From NCBI GenBank assembly GCA_902514865.1, contig CABXSI010000001.1, positions 228-64,227 of the forward strand: DNA of 64,000 nucleotides. The letters run 5' to 3'. The number at the start of each line of letters is the position of its first letter. Within the stretch, counting starts at the first letter, position 1. Below the pieces are notes generated by a model, which saw only the letters and a program-made list of their open reading frames with translations, searched no databases and was not told the origin of the DNA. The position numbers were made by a program, and so were the translations under genes. This stretch comes from an uncultured SAR116 cluster alpha proteobacterium (GTDB taxonomy: Bacteria > Pseudomonadota > Alphaproteobacteria > Puniceispirillales > Marisalimonadaceae). Below are positions 60,585-64,000 of the stretch, in pieces.

Positions 60585-60773
60585 TTATATATTCTTTTCT
60601 TTTCTATATGCACATTCTATACCAGTTGTACTAAAAACTTCAATCGCAGGTATAGATTTAGAAATAAAACCAAATTTCTTACAGCCCCATGGACGTTCCT
60701 TCTTATAAGTAATAAAGAAATAATAGCACCCACTACATTTAACTATCTTCTTTTCATTTTTATTGTTAATCAT
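60585..60773 (-). CDS. Small 4-Cys metal-binding hypothetical protein
   Basis: CSGC...ITY....PWGC..FGF.S...P...V...TG.EC; 5-nt gap to the upstream ORF. Confidence 0.7.
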   Translation of the reverse strand: MINNKNEKKIVKCSGCYYFFITYKKERPWGCKKFGFISKSIPAIEVFSTTGIECAYRKEKNI

Positions 60774-60778
60774 TAATT

Positions 60779-61003
60779 CTATTCTTTATTTTTATTTATT
60801 AACTCAAGTAACCCATATATTAATTCCGCAATTTTAAATCTTAATGCTCCCATGACTGCCGTAAAACCAAAAAACCAATATAATATTGCGTTTGATAAAT
60901 CGCCTTCTTCTCTGAGCGAACTTGCTTCAAAATGGCATAAAAGTGCTGACCATAAAAACATTGCCGTAATAATTATTTGTCCAAAAGTTTTTCTTTTTTT
61001 CAC
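60779..61003 (-). CDS. Small two-TM hypothetical protein
   Basis: GTG start overlaps the flhB TGA stop (GTGA); basic N-terminus and two hydrophobic segments. Confidence 0.55.
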   Translation of the reverse strand: MKKRKTFGQIIITAMFLWSALLCHFEASSLREEGDLSNAILYWFFGFTAVMGALRFKIAELIYGLLELINKNKE

Positions 61004-62163
61004 TTTCTCTCCATATTTTCAGTTAATGTTTTACCATATTCATCAAAACTCATATCATCAGGTAATTCAAAATCAGGATAGTCAGATTCCTCACCTCTTT
61101 CAATTTTAAAGATATATGCTAAAACTGAAGCAACCGCTGAATATAAATTTTCTGAAATTTCCTTGCCTATTTCCCCAGTGAAATAAAGGGCTCTAGCTAG
61201 TAAAGGACTTTGAAAAACAGTTACTTGATTTTCATTAGCTAATATTATTATTTTTTCAGCCATCATTCCCCTACCCATTGCTAAAATTGTTGGTGCTCCA
61301 TTCTCACCTACATCATATTTTATGGCTACTGCAAAGTGTGTAGGATTAGTTATTATTGCTGAAGCATCTTTAACATTGTCAAGAGCAGCTGATTGGGTTG
61401 CAGCTCTATTAGAAATTTCATTTTGTAATCTTCTTATTTTTTGTTTAACTTCTGGCGATCCGTCAGTATCTTTATGTTCGTCTTTAACTTCCTTAATTGT
61501 CATTTTTAATTTTTCTACATGTATGTATTTTTGCCAAATAAAGTCAAAGATAGCTATGAAACCTAGAGCTATTAGTAAGGCAATCGTTAATTGAGGAAAA
61601 TTATTAAGAAGGTTTGACAAAGCACTGTATAGGTTACGTTCTGACAAATTAATAATATCTTTAATGTTAACGTATATGACACCGTAGGTGATTCCACCTA
61701 GTAACCCAACTTTAAATAAAGACTTAATTAATTCAACTAGGCCTTTTGATGAAAATATTCTTTTTAAACCCGATAAAAGATTAATTCTATTAGATTTGAA
61801 ATGAAAACCCTTGGGAGCAAAGTTAATACCTCCTACAGCCATTTGCGTAAATAAAATTGTAAGTATTAGAGGAATGCCTATGATTAAAGTTATATATATT
61901 ACATATTTAATCAATTTCTCCATTCCTGAAATTGGAGATACGTTAATAATATAATTTAAGTCAAATAAGAAAAACATTTTCCAAAGACTTAAAAAGTCTC
62001 TAGCAAAAAAAGGTATTGATGTTAATACCATCAAGCCCATTATTAAAGTCGTAAATACGAACATTTCTTTTGAGGATAGTACCTGACCGTCCTCAGCTGC
62101 TTTATCTAGTTTTCGTTGAGACGGTTCTTCGGTTTTATCTTGTGAATTATCTTCTTCAGCCAT
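61000..62163 (-). CDS. flhB: Flagellar export switch protein FlhB
   Basis: DKTEEPS.RKL, GQV..SKE, KM...EVKDEHK..DG.PEVK, NPTH autocleavage site, LARALY. Confidence 0.96.
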   Translation of the reverse strand: MAEEDNSQDKTEEPSQRKLDKAAEDGQVLSSKEMFVFTTLIMGLMVLTSIPFFARDFLSLWKMFFLFDLNYIINVSPISGMEKLIKYVIYITLIIGIPLILTILFTQMAVGGINFAPKGFHFKSNRINLLSGLKRIFSSKGLVELIKSLFKVGLLGGITYGVIYVNIKDIINLSERNLYSALSNLLNNFPQLTIALLIALGFIAIFDFIWQKYIHVEKLKMTIKEVKDEHKDTDGSPEVKQKIRRLQNEISNRAATQSAALDNVKDASAIITNPTHFAVAIKYDVGENGAPTILAMGRGMMAEKIIILANENQVTVFQSPLLARALYFTGEIGKEISENLYSAVASVLAYIFKIERGEESDYPDFELPDDMSFDEYGKTLTENMERK

Positions 62164-62979
62164 TTATAAACTTCCATTCTCGGATGATTGAAGTACTTCG
62201 TAAATCAAGTTTATAGCTGTTGCTGTTAAATCAGAAAATGCATCTGAAATAGGACCTACGCCTGCATACAAAAATATAAAAACACTTATTAAAGCTATTG
62301 GAAAACCAAAGGAAAAGAGGTTAAGAGAAGGAGCAGATCTTGTAATAATGCCAATAGAACATTGTATTAATAATAACCCACCTACAACTGGTAAGCTAAT
62401 AAGTGCTGCCAAATAAAGCATATTTCCAAAAGTATTAACGGCAATTTCACTTACTTGGGAAAAATTTAGAAATATACCAATTGGTAAATATGTATAACTT
62501 TCTAGTAACATTTTGATTATAAACAAGTGTCCATCTAAGGATAAAAAGCACGAAATTAAAAATAACATTAATACGGTACTTAGAACTAATGTTTGTCCGC
62601 CTGATTGTGGGTCAATCATACTAGACATTGAAAGTCCTGCAGTAGAAGCAATCTTTTCACCAGCAACAGCTGCGGCTGAAAATATAATATTTAAAATTAA
62701 CCCTACAGATAAACCTATTCCTATTTCTGATAAAATTAGTATGAACAGGTTAAAACCTAGCATATTTTGAATATCAGGTACTTTAATAACTGGAAATAAA
62801 AAGGCTGTAAGGCTAATGCTAGCTACAATTCTTACTTGCAATGGAATACCACCTAAGGAGAAAAATGGTGCACTTATTAAAAATGACGAAATACGTAATG
62901 ATGCTACAAAAAAGATTACTAGATACTGGTATAAGTTGAATAAATTCACTCCAGGTAGACTTAATTCTGATCCATACAT
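62164..62979 (-). CDS. fliR: Flagellar export protein FliR
   Basis: RI..F...APFF, GLS...MIDP, DGHL, R.AP.LNLF..GFPI. Confidence 0.93.
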   Translation of the reverse strand: MYGSELSLPGVNLFNLYQYLVIFFVASLRISSFLISAPFFSLGGIPLQVRIVASISLTAFLFPVIKVPDIQNMLGFNLFILILSEIGIGLSVGLILNIIFSAAAVAGEKIASTAGLSMSSMIDPQSGGQTLVLSTVLMLFLISCFLSLDGHLFIIKMLLESYTYLPIGIFLNFSQVSEIAVNTFGNMLYLAALISLPVVGGLLLIQCSIGIITRSAPSLNLFSFGFPIALISVFIFLYAGVGPISDAFSDLTATAINLIYEVLQSSENGSL

Positions 62980-62997
62980 AATAAATTTCTTTCAAAT

Positions 62998-63270
62998 TTA
63001 ATTTTGTCCTACACCAGCAACTTGGTCAAAAATAAAGTTAAAGTAATCAACTAACCCCATCATAAAAAAATTACCTAACAACCCTATGCCTAACATTACA
63101 ACTACAACTTTTGGAACAAAACTTAAGGTCATTTCATTAATAGAAGTTGCAGCCTGAATAATTCCTATAAAAAGACCAATACCTAGAGCTAAAGCTAATA
63201 TGGGACCTGATACCAGTAAAACTTGGTAAAAGGCCATACTTAACATACTAATATTTTCATCAAAATTCAT
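62998..63270 (-). CDS. fliQ: Flagellar export protein FliQ
   Basis: P.L..AL.IGL.IGIIQAATSINEMTLSFVPK. Confidence 0.96.
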   Translation of the reverse strand: MNFDENISMLSMAFYQVLLVSGPILALALGIGLFIGIIQAATSINEMTLSFVPKVVVVMLGIGLLGNFFMMGLVDYFNFIFDQVAGVGQN

Positions 63271-63273
63271 TTT

Positions 63274-64000
63274 TTATCCCGCTGCAAATGTACTTACTAA
63301 AGAACCAACCGTCATACTCCAACCGTCAACTAAGACAAATAGTAATAATTTAAAAGGAAGAGCAACTAACATTGGAGAAAGCATCATCATTCCAAGTGAC
63401 ATCAAAATAGAAGAAATGACCATATCAATTACAAGGAATGGCAAAAATAATAAAAAACCTATTTGAAATGCAGTTTTAAGCTCACTCGTCATAAATGCTG
63501 GTAACGCAATTCGAAATGGGATATCAGATACTTCGTCAAATTTTTCTAGACCAGCTAATTCTGAAAACATAATTAAATCAGTCTTTCTGGTATTTTTGAC
63601 CATGAAACGTTTCATTTCAGAACTAGCTGTTTCGAGAGCTTTTTCTGCTGGCAGAGTTTTATCCATATAAGGGACTGCTGCATTATCATAAACTTTATTG
63701 AAAGTTGGTGCCATTATAAAAAATGTTAAAAATAGGGAAATTGCTATTAACACTTGATTTGGTGGTGTCTGTTGAGTTCCCAAAGCTTGACGAAGTATTG
63801 ACATTACAATTATAATTCTTGTAAAACTGGTCATTCCTAATACTAAAGAAGGAAGAACAGTTAAAGCTGTCATCAATAGCAAAATTTGTAAGGGGAACGA
63901 ATATTCCGTGGTATCTCCGTTAGTTGATACATTCAAAGCAGGGAAACCAGAAGATATTGTTTCCCCAAAAGCTTGAACTGGTAGACCGCTAATTAAAAAA
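63274..64000 (-). CDS. fliP: Flagellar export protein FliP (5' end beyond the window)
   Basis: MTSFTRIIIV, QTPPNQVL, SELKTAFQIGF, LPFKLLLFVLVDGW; the frame stays open to the window edge (..FLISGLPVQAFGETISSGFPALNV..). Confidence 0.96.
   Translation of the reverse strand, partial: FLISGLPVQAFGETISSGFPALNVSTNGDTTEYSFPLQILLLMTALTVLPSLVLGMTSFTRIIIVMSILRQALGTQQTPPNQVLIAISLFLTFFIMAPTFNKVYDNAAVPYMDKTLPAEKALETASSEMKRFMVKNTRKTDLIMFSELAGLEKFDEVSDIPFRIALPAFMTSELKTAFQIGFLLFLPFLVIDMVISSILMSLGMMMLSPMLVALPFKLLLFVLVDGWSMTVGSLVSTFAAG

Noticed and set aside
60585-60773. Calling the 62-aa protein a uracil-DNA glycosylase
   Set aside because: Too short for a UDG fold and lacks UDG catalytic motifs.

Overview
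Very AT-rich, gene-dense chromosomal segment of a genome-streamlined, probably marine alphaproteobacterium. The assignment is inferred from protein sequences and gene order; the exact lineage cannot be fixed from sequence alone. 0-18.7 kb is accessory metabolism: ADP-forming acyl-CoA ligase plus acyl-CoA dehydrogenase, an adenylate cyclase-alpha/beta hydrolase fusion, a TPP riboswitch before thiM-thiE, SDR, MFS, a DUF1127 gene followed by CCUCCUCCC ('cuckoo'-type) sRNA hairpins, a cupin dioxygenase, a TctCBA transporter divergent from GGT-family/aspartate dehydrogenase genes, panE, an aldo-keto reductase and a DMT. 18.7-59.1 kb is the conserved alphaproteobacterial core block (gatCAB, ruvX-pyrB-pyrC-plsY-topA-rnr-rpmG, rnd, hdaA, purM, ndk, pepA, lptFG-surA-pdxA-rsmA, gmk-mltG-fabF-acpP-fabG-fabD, rpsF-rpsR-rplI-dnaB-alr-mlaEF-radA-cvpA-purF). 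Several usual members are cleanly missing at this locus (lptD, dprA, purN, ppk/ppx, holC, yicC). 59.1-64 kb is the end of a gamma-type flagellar export operon (fliP-fliQ-fliR-flhB) running into four uncharacterised genes instead of flhA. Two small genes absent from the ORF track were found: rpmG and a cytochrome c oxidase subunit IV-like peptide. No rRNA, tRNA, CRISPR array, transposase or integrase was seen. Best leads: the DUF1127/cuckoo sRNA locus, a phage-virion-like module inserted in a conserved envelope protein, the orphan genes coupled to flhB, and the missing lptD. All family assignments come from motif recognition, not database searches.
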